Under the pieces are notes generated by a model, which made no database searches, had not been told where the DNA came from, and saw only the letters and a program-made list of their open reading frames with translations. From the NCBI GenBank assembly GCA_035529315.1, contig DATKWZ010000015.1, forward strand, positions 22,955 through 86,954: a stretch of 64,000 bases of DNA, given 5' to 3'. The stretch comes from Anaerolineae bacterium. Its GTDB lineage: Bacteria > Desulfobacterota > Desulfobacteria > Desulfobacterales > ETH-SRB1. Both the position numbers and the translations under genes were made by a program. Shown here in pieces: positions 9,096 to 18,771 of the stretch (within the stretch, counting starts at the first letter, position 1; every line of letters starts with the position of its first letter).

Positions 9096-9988
9096 CCTTT
9101 CAAAAGTTTGGCGATTTTTAAAATAATATTTGCGTAATATTTGCTGTAATTATAGCTCAGCAGTATTTTATAAGCTTTTTCGTCGTCTATTCCGGCCCGC
9201 CAGCCATAATGTTGCAGGTAGCTTGCGATGCTTACTATGGCGTCGGTATGATTAAACAGGTCTACACAGCCGTCCCTGTTGCCGTCTTTTGCATGCGCAA
9301 GTATATTGCTGGGCATAAATTGAGAAATGCCGATTGCGCCTGCATATGATCCGGAAACAGACAACGGGTCGATCTTTTCCCTGCTTGAATATTTGAGAAA
9401 ATCTTTTAGCTCAGAATATGCCCACGTTGATTTCTTTTCAGCCTTTTTATCAAACTCATCCCTTGTAAAAGAGATAAAAGAGGATGAATCTGAAATTTTG
9501 CTCCATAACATATTTTTTACATGCGGGTCTTTCAGGGATGCCATGGTTGAAAGAGTGTTTAATATGGATCTTCCCCCCAGACAGGTTCCGAGCCTGGTTT
9601 CGACCAGTATTATTGCAGTAATAATTTCTTTGTCTACAGAATATGTCTTTCCCGCACCATCAAAGGCTGCCATGTGTTTTTTAAGATATTGTTTTGCATT
9701 TTTAATCGACCCTTTTGAAAGAAACTGATCGTAATTTAATTCGCCTTCGCTGTGACTGAAAAAAAGGGAAACCCCTTTTGTGTCAAAATAGACCCCGTGC
9801 CTGGCATAGAGCGCATTGATTTTGTTTTTGTTAAAACCGTCTTCTATAAGCCTCTTTTGTAATGCATTAAAATAATCGGCTTTTTTATTTGCACCTGCCG
9901 GAGTCTGGGACGGCAAAAAAAGCTGCAAAGCCATAAGGCAAATAAAAATAAAACAGTTGCAACGGGTTATTTTAATACTCAAAATCAA
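9092..9988 (-). CDS. Lytic murein transglycosylase (MltB/SLT_2 family)
   Basis: IITAIILVETRLG catalytic Glu, GSYAGAIGISQFMPS, DGNRDGCVDL, SIASYL, YNYS. Confidence 0.87.
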   Translation of the reverse strand: MILSIKITRCNCFIFICLMALQLFLPSQTPAGANKKADYFNALQKRLIEDGFNKNKINALYARHGVYFDTKGVSLFFSHSEGELNYDQFLSKGSIKNAKQYLKKHMAAFDGAGKTYSVDKEIITAIILVETRLGTCLGGRSILNTLSTMASLKDPHVKNMLWSKISDSSSFISFTRDEFDKKAEKKSTWAYSELKDFLKYSSREKIDPLSVSGSYAGAIGISQFMPSNILAHAKDGNRDGCVDLFNHTDAIVSIASYLQHYGWRAGIDDEKAYKILLSYNYSKYYANIILKIAKLLKG

Positions 9989-10007
9989 TTTCCAAATTAA
10001 GTAATTG

Positions 10008-10055
10008 GTAATAGTTCAGATTTGTGTCTTTGTGCTTTAATGGCTGAACCGTTAC
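10008..10055. repeat. Short element with imperfect 12-bp terminal inverted repeats
   Basis: GTAATAGTTCAG...CTGAACCGTTAC; the right arm contains the stop codon of the upstream PHP gene. Confidence 0.5.
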
Positions 10056-10864
10056 GTTTTTTTACGAATTGAAGATTCCAACTGAATCATTTTCCGCTTT
10101 CGCTTTGTAAATGTGGATAACCGCCTGTATCCTGCTGAAACCAGCATCGGCAGCACCCTGTCATAGTGTTGTCCCACGCTTTCCGGATTATGTGCATCTG
10201 ATCCAACAGTAATGTTTATCCCTAATTCATGGCATTTATTAATAATTTCCATGGATGGAAATGTTTCATTGGCCGGATATTCATATCCGCTTGTATTTAC
10301 CTCAACGGTTAAATCCTTGCTTTTTATTTTTGATAATATTTTATCAAATGTTTTATCAAAAGATATCGATGGGTTCCATCCGAATTTTTTCACAAGGTCG
10401 ATGTGGCATACAACATCAAAATAGTTGTAATCCAGCATCTTTTCAAGTTGGGAAAAGTAAAGCCTGTATACATAATCGATATCCAGTTTGCCCTGTTTCC
10501 ACTCGGACTTGCGTGTGACTATGTCCATCTTGCCGAGAAAATGCAATGAGCTTCCTATTACATCAAATGAATAGGTATCCACAATCTTTTGGAAAAAATC
10601 GGTATGTTCCTGAGTAAAATCCAGTTCAAGCCCGGCCTTAACTTTAATAACGCCGCTGTATTTATGCTTTAATTGTTGCACGATCTGAAAATATAAGGGA
10701 ACTTCTTCCGGGCTCATTGAAAGTCTTTTTCCGTATTCGTGCATTGTAAGGTGATCCAGAAAGCATATCTCCTTTAAACCGATGGCAACGGCTTTTTGTA
10801 TATATGCTTCCATGGGACCTTTGGCGTGGTTGCAAAGTTTTGTATGGACGTGATAATCGATCAT
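10052..10864 (-). CDS. PHP-family phosphatase (HisJ-type histidinol-phosphatase family)
   Basis: MIDYHVHTKLCNHA, FLDH, GLELD, IGSSLH, CHIDLVK, EVNTSG, VGSDAHNP. Start moved to ATG 10864 because the longer start lies in a MITE. Confidence 0.82.
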   Translation of the reverse strand: MIDYHVHTKLCNHAKGPMEAYIQKAVAIGLKEICFLDHLTMHEYGKRLSMSPEEVPLYFQIVQQLKHKYSGVIKVKAGLELDFTQEHTDFFQKIVDTYSFDVIGSSLHFLGKMDIVTRKSEWKQGKLDIDYVYRLYFSQLEKMLDYNYFDVVCHIDLVKKFGWNPSISFDKTFDKILSKIKSKDLTVEVNTSGYEYPANETFPSMEIINKCHELGINITVGSDAHNPESVGQHYDRVLPMLVSAGYRRLSTFTKRKRKMIQLESSIRKKT

Positions 10865-10941
10865 TTCTTTATTATATGTGCGAGAGCATTTTTTGATTGA
10901 ATTAAAATGGCATGGTATGTAATAAAATGTCAAACAATAAT

Positions 10942-11067
10942 GATGGCGTCGCAAAAGTCCCATCTACTGCGTTGTAGTAATTTTTCAGATCCTCGACATA
11001 CTATATGTATGCCTTCGGCCCTAAAAAATTACTACGCCTTGTATATGAACCTTTTTACTTAGCCATC
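10942..11067. mobile_element. 126-bp MITE-like element
   Basis: Left GATGGCGTCGCAAAAGTCC, right AACCTTTTTACTTAGCCATC; inner arms GTAGTAATTTTT/AAAAATTACTAC; central hairpin CATAC-TATAT-GTATG. Confidence 0.68.
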
Positions 11068-11096
11068 TATAGTTAAATTCGTAGAAAGTCGAATTA

Positions 11097-12464
11097 ATGA
11101 AAAAAAATGTAAAAACAGTCTTTTGTTGCCAGTCATGCGGATATCAGGCCCCTAAATGGCTTGGGAAATGCCCTGACTGCGGACAGTGGCAAACCTTTGT
11201 CGAAGAGGCTCAGGCCGCAGGGCCCGCCCGTAGAACAAAGTCAGGCATATCATATTCCGGTACTGTACCTGTTCCCATTGATTCTATTGAGCTTGAAAAA
11301 GAATACCGGCTTTTAACCGGCATTACGGAATTTGACCGTGTGCTGGGCGGAGGTCTTGTTCCCGGGACTCTTGTACTGATAGGAGGAGATCCTGGAATCG
11401 GCAAGTCCACACTTATGCTTCAGATTTTGCACGGCCTTGCAAACCAGGGTCATAAAACGCTTTATATTTCCGGTGAGGAATCGATCAGGCAGGTAAGGAT
11501 ACGCAGCGAGAGGCTTTCTACAGGATCACATAATTTACTGGTTGTTTCTGAAATAGATATTGAATCCATCCTGTCGATGATTGAATCTGTAAAACCTGAT
11601 GTTCTTGTTATCGATTCTATCCAGACAATGTTCAGCCCGGATCTTACATCTGCTCCTGGCAGTGTGAGCCAGGTCAGAGAATCTACGGTTCGGCTTATGC
11701 ATATGGCTAAAAAAACAGGGATTCCGATATTTCTTGTAGGGCATGTGACAAAGGACGGCGCAATAGCGGGACCAAGGCTTTTGGAACATATGGTTGATAC
11801 GGTTCTTTACTTTGAAGGGGACAGGAACCATATATTCAGAATTTTACGGGCTGTAAAAAACAGGTTTGGATCAACCAACGAAATCGGCGTGTTTGAGATG
11901 AATGAGAAAGGGTTGGAGGAGGTTGCCAACCCTTCGGCGATATTTCTTTCCGAGCGTCCCAAGAATGTGCCGGGATCGGCGGTTACAGCAAGCATAGAAG
12001 GCACAAGGCCGATACTTGTTGAATTGCAGGCCCTTGCCAGCAGCACAAGCTTTGGAAATCCTCGAAGGACCATTCTCGGCCTTGACAGCAACAGGGTTGC
12101 ATTGCTTGCAGCCGTGATAGAAAAAAAATTGGGCTTGCATTTAATGGGGCACGACATCTTTATGAATGTTGCCGGAGGGGTTAAGGTTGACGAGCCTGCA
12201 ATCGACATGGGGATAGTTGCCTCCATTGCATCAAGCTTTTTAGACAGACCGATTCCCGACGCTACCATTGTTCTTGGCGAAGTTGGTTTGACAGGTGAAG
12301 TAAGAGCCATAGGTCATGTTGAAATCAGGGTTGTGGAAGCAAAAAAGATGGGCTTTAAAAGATGCATTGTGCCGGCAGGCAATCTTAAACGGATGAGCGG
12401 AATAAAGGGAATAGAGCTTATCGGAATATCATCGATATCAGAAGGGATTGAAGCATTATTTTAG
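11097..12464 (+). CDS. radA: DNA repair protein RadA/Sms
   Basis: CQSCG...CPDCG zinc finger, GGDPGIGKST Walker A, KNRFG motif, Lon-like C-terminus. Confidence 0.97.
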   Translation: MKKNVKTVFCCQSCGYQAPKWLGKCPDCGQWQTFVEEAQAAGPARRTKSGISYSGTVPVPIDSIELEKEYRLLTGITEFDRVLGGGLVPGTLVLIGGDPGIGKSTLMLQILHGLANQGHKTLYISGEESIRQVRIRSERLSTGSHNLLVVSEIDIESILSMIESVKPDVLVIDSIQTMFSPDLTSAPGSVSQVRESTVRLMHMAKKTGIPIFLVGHVTKDGAIAGPRLLEHMVDTVLYFEGDRNHIFRILRAVKNRFGSTNEIGVFEMNEKGLEEVANPSAIFLSERPKNVPGSAVTASIEGTRPILVELQALASSTSFGNPRRTILGLDSNRVALLAAVIEKKLGLHLMGHDIFMNVAGGVKVDEPAIDMGIVASIASSFLDRPIPDATIVLGEVGLTGEVRAIGHVEIRVVEAKKMGFKRCIVPAGNLKRMSGIKGIELIGISSISEGIEALF

Positions 12465-12481
12465 GTGGCGTCATAAAAAAC

Positions 12482-13111
12482 ATGCAAAACTCAAAATCAA
12501 AACATAACAAGTGGGAAGATCATTATTCGCAGCAGGCAAAGAAGGAACAATTCCCAGCAAGATCTGTTTACAAGCTTAAAGAAATACAGCAAAAATATAA
12601 AATAATAAAAAAAGGGGACAGGATTCTTGATCTTGGATGTTTTCCAGGCTCCTGGCTGCTTTATGCAGCAGATTTGGCTGGGGAAAAGGGAGAGATAGTG
12701 GGAATCGACTTAAAACCTTTGTCAAAGTCGGTATTATTAAAACTTCCGGCCAATACCAGAACTTATGTCGGCGATATGCTGTCTGTTGATGGAAAAGATG
12801 AAAAGGATGAAAAGCTAAAAGCTGTGGGGAAAGATTTTAACATCGTAATGAGCGACATGGCGCCGGATACTACCGGCAATAAGAATGTTGATGCCGCAAG
12901 GTCTTTTAATCTCTGCCAGGCCGCCTTAAGGATCGCTAAAGATCTGTTGGTTGACGGAGGATCATTTATTTGCAAGATTTTCCAGGGAGAGGATTTTAAA
13001 GAATTTATAGATTCAGTTAAATTAAATTTTAATAAACACAAAATTTTTAAGCCGCAAAGCAGCAAAAAATCAAGCAAAGAAATATATATTATCGGATTTG
13101 AGAAAAAATAG
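12482..13111 (+). CDS. rlmE: 23S rRNA 2'-O-methyltransferase RlmE/FtsJ
   Basis: RSVYKLKEI, LDLGCFPGSW, SDMAP, KIFQG, KPQSS...KEIY. Confidence 0.92.
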   Translation: MQNSKSKHNKWEDHYSQQAKKEQFPARSVYKLKEIQQKYKIIKKGDRILDLGCFPGSWLLYAADLAGEKGEIVGIDLKPLSKSVLLKLPANTRTYVGDMLSVDGKDEKDEKLKAVGKDFNIVMSDMAPDTTGNKNVDAARSFNLCQAALRIAKDLLVDGGSFICKIFQGEDFKEFIDSVKLNFNKHKIFKPQSSKKSSKEIYIIGFEKK

Positions 13112-13120
13112 GAGGAGAAA

Positions 13121-13858
13121 ATGTCGGGACATAGCAAATGGTCTTCCATAAAGCATAAAAAAGGGGCTACAGATGCAAAGAGGGGTAAGGTTTTTACCAA
13201 ACTCATCAAGGAAATTACCCTCTCTGCCCGCACAGGAGGGGGAGGGGACCCTTCCAGCAATCCCAGGCTGAGAACAGCTATTCTGGCGGCGAAAAGTGAA
13301 AATATGCCGAAAGATAATATTGAAAGAGCAATCAAAAAGGGGACCGGCGAACTTGAAGGTGTAAATTATGAAGAGTCAAATTATGAAGGATATGGACCTG
13401 GAGGAGCTGCCGTGCTGATTGAAGCGCTTACAGACAATAAAAACAGGGCAGTTGCCGACATCCGTCATATTTTCAATAAATGCGGCGGAAATCTCGGTGA
13501 AAATGGATGTGTGTCCTGGATGTTTAACAGCAAGGGATATATTGATGTTGAGAAGAAAGTGGTTGATGGGGACAAGCTGATGGAAACAGCCATTGAGGCT
13601 GGCGCAGAAGATGTGAGGGAAGATAATAATAGTTTTGAAATCATTACGGAACCGGATGATTTTGAAGCTGTAAAAACAGCTATGGATAATGCATCGATTC
13701 CTTATGTAGTGGCGGAAATCACCATGCTTCCACAGACAATGCTTGAACTTAAAGGAAAGGAGGCAGAGCAGATGATCAAATTGATGGAAACACTCGAAGA
13801 TTGTGATGATGTGCAAAAGGTTTACACCAATGCCGATATTCCCGACGAATTAGTTTGA
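13121..13858 (+). CDS. yebC: YebC/PmpR family protein
   Basis: [40 protein letters not shown]. Confidence 0.95.
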   Translation: MSGHSKWSSIKHKKGATDAKRGKVFTKLIKEITLSARTGGGGDPSSNPRLRTAILAAKSENMPKDNIERAIKKGTGELEGVNYEESNYEGYGPGGAAVLIEALTDNKNRAVADIRHIFNKCGGNLGENGCVSWMFNSKGYIDVEKKVVDGDKLMETAIEAGAEDVREDNNSFEIITEPDDFEAVKTAMDNASIPYVVAEITMLPQTMLELKGKEAEQMIKLMETLEDCDDVQKVYTNADIPDELV

Positions 13859-14758
13859 CAGGTCTATCATTCTTTGAACCGCCTTTAATGCAGGCAGTCT
13901 GATATCCTCAGGCACCTTAACCTCTCCGTCCATGGTTTCAAGAGACCTTACAATATCATCAAGGGAAATTTTTTTCATGTCATCACACAGCATATTCTTT
14001 GAAGCCGGATAAAACTCTTTGCCTGGATTTGCCTTTTTTAATGGATAAAGCATCCCTATTTCCGTGCCCACAATAAAGGACAGGCTGTCAGACTCCCCAG
14101 CATATCTAATCATCCCTGAAGTGCTTGCAATAGCATCGGCAAGCTCAAGAACCTCCGGCCTGCATTCGGGATGTGCTATAAAAAGGGCGTCCGGATGCAT
14201 CTTTTTTGCTTTTTGAACATCTTCAGGTGTAAGGCTGTCGTGGAACGGGCAGTATCCATCCCACAGATGTATTTTTTTATTTGTTTTCGAAGCTGTATAT
14301 TGGGCCAGGTTCCGGTCAGGAACCATAAGTATCTCTTTTGCTTCCAGACTGTTTACAACCTCGACGGCATTTGCCGATGTGCAGCAGATGGTTGACATGG
14401 CCTTGACAGATACTGATGAATTTACATAGGTTACAACCGGCATGGGAGGAAGTCCGGCAAGTCTTGATTTAAGTTGTGCCGGCGTTACCATGTCGGCCAT
14501 TGGACAGCCCGCGTCCTTGCGGGGTAAAAGAACCCTCTTTTCAGGAGACAGCACTGAAGCTGTCTCAGCCATAAAGGTCACGCCGCAAAAGAGGATAACC
14601 TCGGCATCGGTCATGGATGCCTTTATGCTGAGCTCAAGAGAATCTCCGCAAAGATCGGCAAGATCCTGAATTTCCGGCGGCTGATAATTGTGCGCCAGCA
14701 TGATTGCTTTTCTTTTTTTCAGCAGACTTTTTATCTTTTCCTTCATCTTTAATACCAC
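13850..14758 (-). CDS. nadA: Quinolinate synthase
   Basis: [44 protein letters not shown]. Confidence 0.95.
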   Translation of the reverse strand: MVLKMKEKIKSLLKKRKAIMLAHNYQPPEIQDLADLCGDSLELSIKASMTDAEVILFCGVTFMAETASVLSPEKRVLLPRKDAGCPMADMVTPAQLKSRLAGLPPMPVVTYVNSSVSVKAMSTICCTSANAVEVVNSLEAKEILMVPDRNLAQYTASKTNKKIHLWDGYCPFHDSLTPEDVQKAKKMHPDALFIAHPECRPEVLELADAIASTSGMIRYAGESDSLSFIVGTEIGMLYPLKKANPGKEFYPASKNMLCDDMKKISLDDIVRSLETMDGEVKVPEDIRLPALKAVQRMIDLSN

Positions 14759-14765
14759 CTATCCG

Positions 14766-15458
14766 CTATTCGTCAAGTTGCAGGATATCAGCTCCTTCAG
14801 GAATTTCAAAATAAAACATTGAGTCATCGATATGTTTTTTAAACTCAATATTTTTAAGATAAATTTTTGTTTCATCATTATATGAATTATATGTCGTTAT
14901 TTGAACAACATCAAAGGTATTTATTGAGATCGAGAGGTATATCAGGGAGATATCAAATGTTTTTTCTTTGGGTATAAGTTTTAAAATATAGTATTGGCCG
15001 GTTCTTTTATCATCCAGCGCAATATTAAATTTTTCCCTTATAATTTTCATATCTGAAAGAAAACCGCCCCCTTTGCCGCTTCCAAAAAAATAAGGGGATG
15101 TTCCGACCATAACCTGGTTGTCATCCTGCCTGTAAACCCACAATCTTTTGCCGTTTGTAATTATGAGCTGTTGGTCCGGCTTTTCATATTCCCACCTCAT
15201 CATACCCGGGGCCTTGACAAAAAGATTTCCAGATGCGGTATCTGTAATGTCAATTGCCTTGATGGTCGACTCTTGAGAAAAATTTGCCGAAAACCCTTTT
15301 GCAGCATATCTGTTTTCGATCCTGTTAATGATTTCATCCAGCGACAGATTAAGCGGATGAGACCTGTCTTTGCATTCAGCCGCTTGCGGATTGAACAAAA
15401 CAAAGACCAAACAACCGACTATAATTATTATCTTTAAATATTTCATATCTCTTTCCAT
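14766..15458 (-). CDS. lolA: Outer-membrane lipoprotein carrier protein
   Basis: Signal peptide, FSANFSQ, KAPGMMRWEY, ITNGKRLWVY, FEIPEGADI. Confidence 0.85.
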   Translation of the reverse strand: MERDMKYLKIIIIVGCLVFVLFNPQAAECKDRSHPLNLSLDEIINRIENRYAAKGFSANFSQESTIKAIDITDTASGNLFVKAPGMMRWEYEKPDQQLIITNGKRLWVYRQDDNQVMVGTSPYFFGSGKGGGFLSDMKIIREKFNIALDDKRTGQYYILKLIPKEKTFDISLIYLSISINTFDVVQITTYNSYNDETKIYLKNIEFKKHIDDSMFYFEIPEGADILQLDE

Positions 15459-15601
15459 AACAAATTAGGTCCGGCCATGCAACGCTCTTTAATCAAAACC
15501 TTTGACAACTAATTGACCTGGGTGTTTATGATTCTGGATTGACAAATATTTTGTATATTGATAAAATTTTATATATTGGTAATTAATCGGCGGCTTTATA
15601 C

Positions 15602-15720
15602 AAGGTTTCTTTTGAGAATTTTAAGCCTCGAAATACTCAATATATTCGAATGGTTAATATTTTAGCCTTTCTTTAACTTAAATTCCGCTTTTAGCGGGAA
15701 GCATTTTTCAAAGGTTCCTT
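15602..15720. mobile_element. ~120-bp MITE-like element
   Basis: Left AAGGTTTCTTTGAGAATT, right ATTTTTCAAAGGTTCCTT (imperfect TIR); inner CCTCGAAATACT core resembles CCTCGACATACT in the 10942 element. Confidence 0.58.
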
Positions 15721-15798
15721 TTATAAAGTCGTTTTGTGTTTTATTTTGGCCTTTTTCAATTCCGTCTAATATCATAAAATATTTATCTGTGGTAAACC

Positions 15799-16071
15799 TT
15801 GTCACATACACTTTCAAAGGATGTGGTTGTTATCAATGAATTTGGCCTTCATGCAAGGTCTGCTGCAAAAATAGCAAAACTTGCACAAAATGCCAACTCA
15901 AAAGTGTGGCTTATAAGGGGAAAAGAACGGGTGGATGCATCAAGCATTATTGATATTCTTTCCCTTGGATGTTCAAAAGGATCAAAAATAACTTTAGCAA
16001 TTGACAAAGAGTCGGACATTAATATCTTAAATGAAATTATTGACCTGGCAAAAAAGGGTTTTGGGGAATAA
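15799..16071 (+). CDS. ptsH: Phosphocarrier protein HPr
   Basis: GLHARSAA (His15) and DASSII (Ser46 region); TTG start. Confidence 0.9.
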   Translation: MSHTLSKDVVVINEFGLHARSAAKIAKLAQNANSKVWLIRGKERVDASSIIDILSLGCSKGSKITLAIDKESDINILNEIIDLAKKGFGE

Positions 16072-16077
16072 GTTTTT

Positions 16078-17847
16078 ATGCTGGATACAAATGCAGTTGA
16101 GCTAATTTTAAATGGGATAGGGGCCTCTCCGGGCATATGTATAGGAAAGGCTTATTTGGTCGATAAAGAAGGGGTCAATGTCGTCAGGAAATATTTTATC
16201 GAAAAAGAGAACCTGCGGCGTGAGGTAAAGCGTTTCAAGGCCGCCGTAAAGAAAGCAAATGATGAACTCAGGGTAATTATTAAAAATTCCAATGAAGATT
16301 TGCGCCAGCAGAGTTATATTCTCGAGACCCATATCGTGATACTAAAGGACAAGATGCTGTATGGCAAAACAATTGAAACCATTGAAGATGAAGGGATAAA
16401 TGCGGAATGGGCTCTGAAGAAGGTGGTGTCAAGCTTGAAATCGATGTTTCAAAATATGTCTGATCCTTATTTAAAGGAAAGGGCCGCAGACATCGTGCAG
16501 GTGTCCGACCGTGTAATGAAAAATCTGATCGGCGCGGAAGCGGTCAATATCGCTGATATTTGCAAGAGGGTCATACTTATCGCCCATGATCTTTCACCTG
16601 CTGAGACCAGCCAGATACAATTGGAAAAAATTAAAGGCTTTGTTACCAATCGTGGAGGAAAGTCATCACATACCGGTATAATCGCCCGGACTCTTGAAAT
16701 ACCGGCTATTTTAGGGCTTGATCAGGCAACAGGAATAATCCAAAACGATGATCTGGTTATAGTTGACGGCACTACCGGCACAGTAGTCGTTCATCCAACA
16801 GAAGAGACACTGCTCAAGTATGAAGAACGTAAAATCAAATATGCAGAATACAGAGTTGCCATTGCCAGGGAAAGCCATCTTATAGCTGAAACAACTGATG
16901 GATTTAAACTGCCTGTTATGGGCAATATTGAGCTGCCCGAGGAGGTGGTTTCCGTTATCGACCATGGTGGTGACGGTATCGGTCTGTACAGAACCGAATT
17001 TCAATATTTAAACAGTTCTGTTTTTCCAAGTGAAGAGGATCTGTTTGATAAATACATGGATGTGGTGGAGGTAATAGCGCCAAAGCCTGTGACTATCCGC
17101 ACTCTTGATATAAACGGTGATAACGCGATAGCCCATTTTTCCAAGCATGATGAGGCCAATCCTGCTCTTGGGCTTCGCGCAATCAGGTATTGCCTGCAAA
17201 ATCCTGAGGTTTTCAAGACTCAGATCAGAGCAATATTAAGGGTTGCCGCATATGGCAATGTCAGAATCCTGATCCCCATGATATCAAGCTATGATGAGGT
17301 CTGCGAAACAAAAAGGATTTTAAGCGAAGTTGCTGATTCCCTGGATAAAGAAGGAGCGGTCTTTAACAGAGATATTGAGGTTGGGATAATGATAGAGGTC
17401 CCTTCGGCTGTGACCATGGCGGATGTGCTGGCAGAAAATGTTGATTTTTTCAGCATAGGGACAAACGATCTTATTCAGTATTCACTGGCGATAGACAGGG
17501 GGAACAGCAGGGTCGCCTATCTTTATAATCCGCTTCATCCCGCTATTATACGTGCGATTAAACATGTTGCCGATGTGGCGCGTGAAAAAGGGATAAAGGT
17601 CTTTATGTGCGGTGAGATGGCCAGTGACCCGATCTACATGCCTATACTTTTAGGTTTGGGTTTGGATGAATTGAGCATGAACCCTCAATCAATACCTGCT
17701 GTAAAGAGCATGGTAAGATCGCTTAACATAGGGGAGGTCAAGCTCTTTATGCAGGATGTTCTTAAACAAACCTCGGCCACCGCTATAATGAAATTAGTGC
17801 AGGATAGATATGGCAGCATTCTTTATGATAAAATCTACCACGAATAG
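16078..17847 (+). CDS. ptsI: PTS enzyme I
   Basis: GGKSSHTGI phospho-His, GIGLYRTE, EANPALGLRAIR, GIMIEVP, FFSIGTNDLIQY, MCGEMA. Confidence 0.95.
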   Translation: MLDTNAVELILNGIGASPGICIGKAYLVDKEGVNVVRKYFIEKENLRREVKRFKAAVKKANDELRVIIKNSNEDLRQQSYILETHIVILKDKMLYGKTIETIEDEGINAEWALKKVVSSLKSMFQNMSDPYLKERAADIVQVSDRVMKNLIGAEAVNIADICKRVILIAHDLSPAETSQIQLEKIKGFVTNRGGKSSHTGIIARTLEIPAILGLDQATGIIQNDDLVIVDGTTGTVVVHPTEETLLKYEERKIKYAEYRVAIARESHLIAETTDGFKLPVMGNIELPEEVVSVIDHGGDGIGLYRTEFQYLNSSVFPSEEDLFDKYMDVVEVIAPKPVTIRTLDINGDNAIAHFSKHDEANPALGLRAIRYCLQNPEVFKTQIRAILRVAAYGNVRILIPMISSYDEVCETKRILSEVADSLDKEGAVFNRDIEVGIMIEVPSAVTMADVLAENVDFFSIGTNDLIQYSLAIDRGNSRVAYLYNPLHPAIIRAIKHVADVAREKGIKVFMCGEMASDPIYMPILLGLGLDELSMNPQSIPAVKSMVRSLNIGEVKLFMQDVLKQTSATAIMKLVQDRYGSILYDKIYHE

Positions 17848-17857
17848 CATAATCTGG

Positions 17858-17936
17858 GTAACTGTTCACGGTTTACAGTTATCGGTTCACGGTTGAAAAA
17901 ACTGTGAACTGTGAACCGACAACCGTGAACGGTTAC
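17858..17936. repeat. Inverted array of 7-bp units (GTTCACG / CGTGAAC)
   Basis: GTTCACG GTTTACA GTTATCG GTTCACG GTT-GAAAA-AAC TGTGAAC TGTGAAC CGACAAC CGTGAAC. Confidence 0.7.
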
Positions 17937-17940
17937 TAAT

Positions 17941-18396
17941 ATGGAAAACAAACATAACAAAATAGTTACAGAAAACAGGAAGGCCAGGTATAATTATTAT
18001 ATTGAGGATACATACGAGGCAGGAATGGTTCTGCTTGGTACTGAAGTCAAATCGCTCAGACTTGGCCGGGCTAACTTGCAAGATTCATATGCCAAAATTA
18101 TAGGTGACGAGGTTTTTGTTTGCCAAATGCATATTGGTCCCTATCCCTATGCCAGTTATGAAAATCATGAACCTTTAAGGCGCAGAAAACTGCTTTTGCA
18201 TAAGCATGAGATTAAAAAGCTTTATGGTAAGGTAAATGAAATGGGTTTTTCCCTGATACCGCTAAAGGTTTATTTTAAAAACGGAAAAGTCAAAATAAGC
18301 TTAGCCCTTGCCAAAGGCAAACGCAAATATGACAAGCGTGAGACCATTAAAAAGCGTGATGAAAAAAGGGAGCTTGATAGGGGGGAAAAGGCTTGA
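17941..18396 (+). CDS. smpB: SsrA-binding protein
   Basis: NRKARYNY, EAGMVLLGTEVKSLR, RKLLLHK, GKRKYDKR. Confidence 0.97.
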   Translation: MENKHNKIVTENRKARYNYYIEDTYEAGMVLLGTEVKSLRLGRANLQDSYAKIIGDEVFVCQMHIGPYPYASYENHEPLRRRKLLLHKHEIKKLYGKVNEMGFSLIPLKVYFKNGKVKISLALAKGKRKYDKRETIKKRDEKRELDRGEKA

Positions 18397-18508
18397 CAAT
18401 TTTTGATAAACATGTTTTATTAAAAAAGGAAATTTATCTGCTTGGCAGGTCTCAAAGCGCTGGCCTGAGGCAAAGAACATTAACAGTTTTAAGAAGGAGA
18501 TTAGTGTT

Positions 18509-18709
18509 TTGGCTAACGGAATTGTAAAATGGTTTAGTGATAAAAAGGGATTTGGTTTTATTGAGCAGGAAGAGGGTGGGGATATATTTGTTCACCACTC
18601 AGCTATCAACACGTCTGGCTTCAGAACTCTTTCTGAAGGCGACAAGGTAACTTTTGATGTGGAAGAAGGCGATCGAGGACCGTCCGCGAAGAACGTAACT
18701 AAGGTTTAG
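18509..18709 (+). CDS. Cold-shock protein
   Basis: [15 protein letters not shown] (RNP1), DIFVHHSAI (RNP2); TTG start after AAGGAG. Confidence 0.95.
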   Translation: MANGIVKWFSDKKGFGFIEQEEGGDIFVHHSAINTSGFRTLSEGDKVTFDVEEGDRGPSAKNVTKV

Positions 18710-18735
18710 TTCTTAAATAAATGCATTGATCAAGG

Positions 18736-18769
18736 GCATCCCGTTTATTTAAAGCGGGATGCTTTTTTT
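18736..18769 (+). terminator. Rho-independent terminator after csp (probably also serves the convergent HNH gene)
   Basis: GCATCCCG-N11-CGGGATGC followed by a T7 run. Confidence 0.8.
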
Positions 18770-18771
18770 AT

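Noticed and set aside
12763-13335. Long antisense ORFs over real genes (e.g. 12763..13335, 21921..22514, 31142..31810, 55738..56313)
   Set aside because: They lie opposite well-supported genes and contain no recognisable motifs.
17858-17936. Possible CRISPR or mini-array
   Set aside because: Units are 7 bp with no spacers, and no cas genes or 23-47 bp spaced repeats were seen anywhere in the window.
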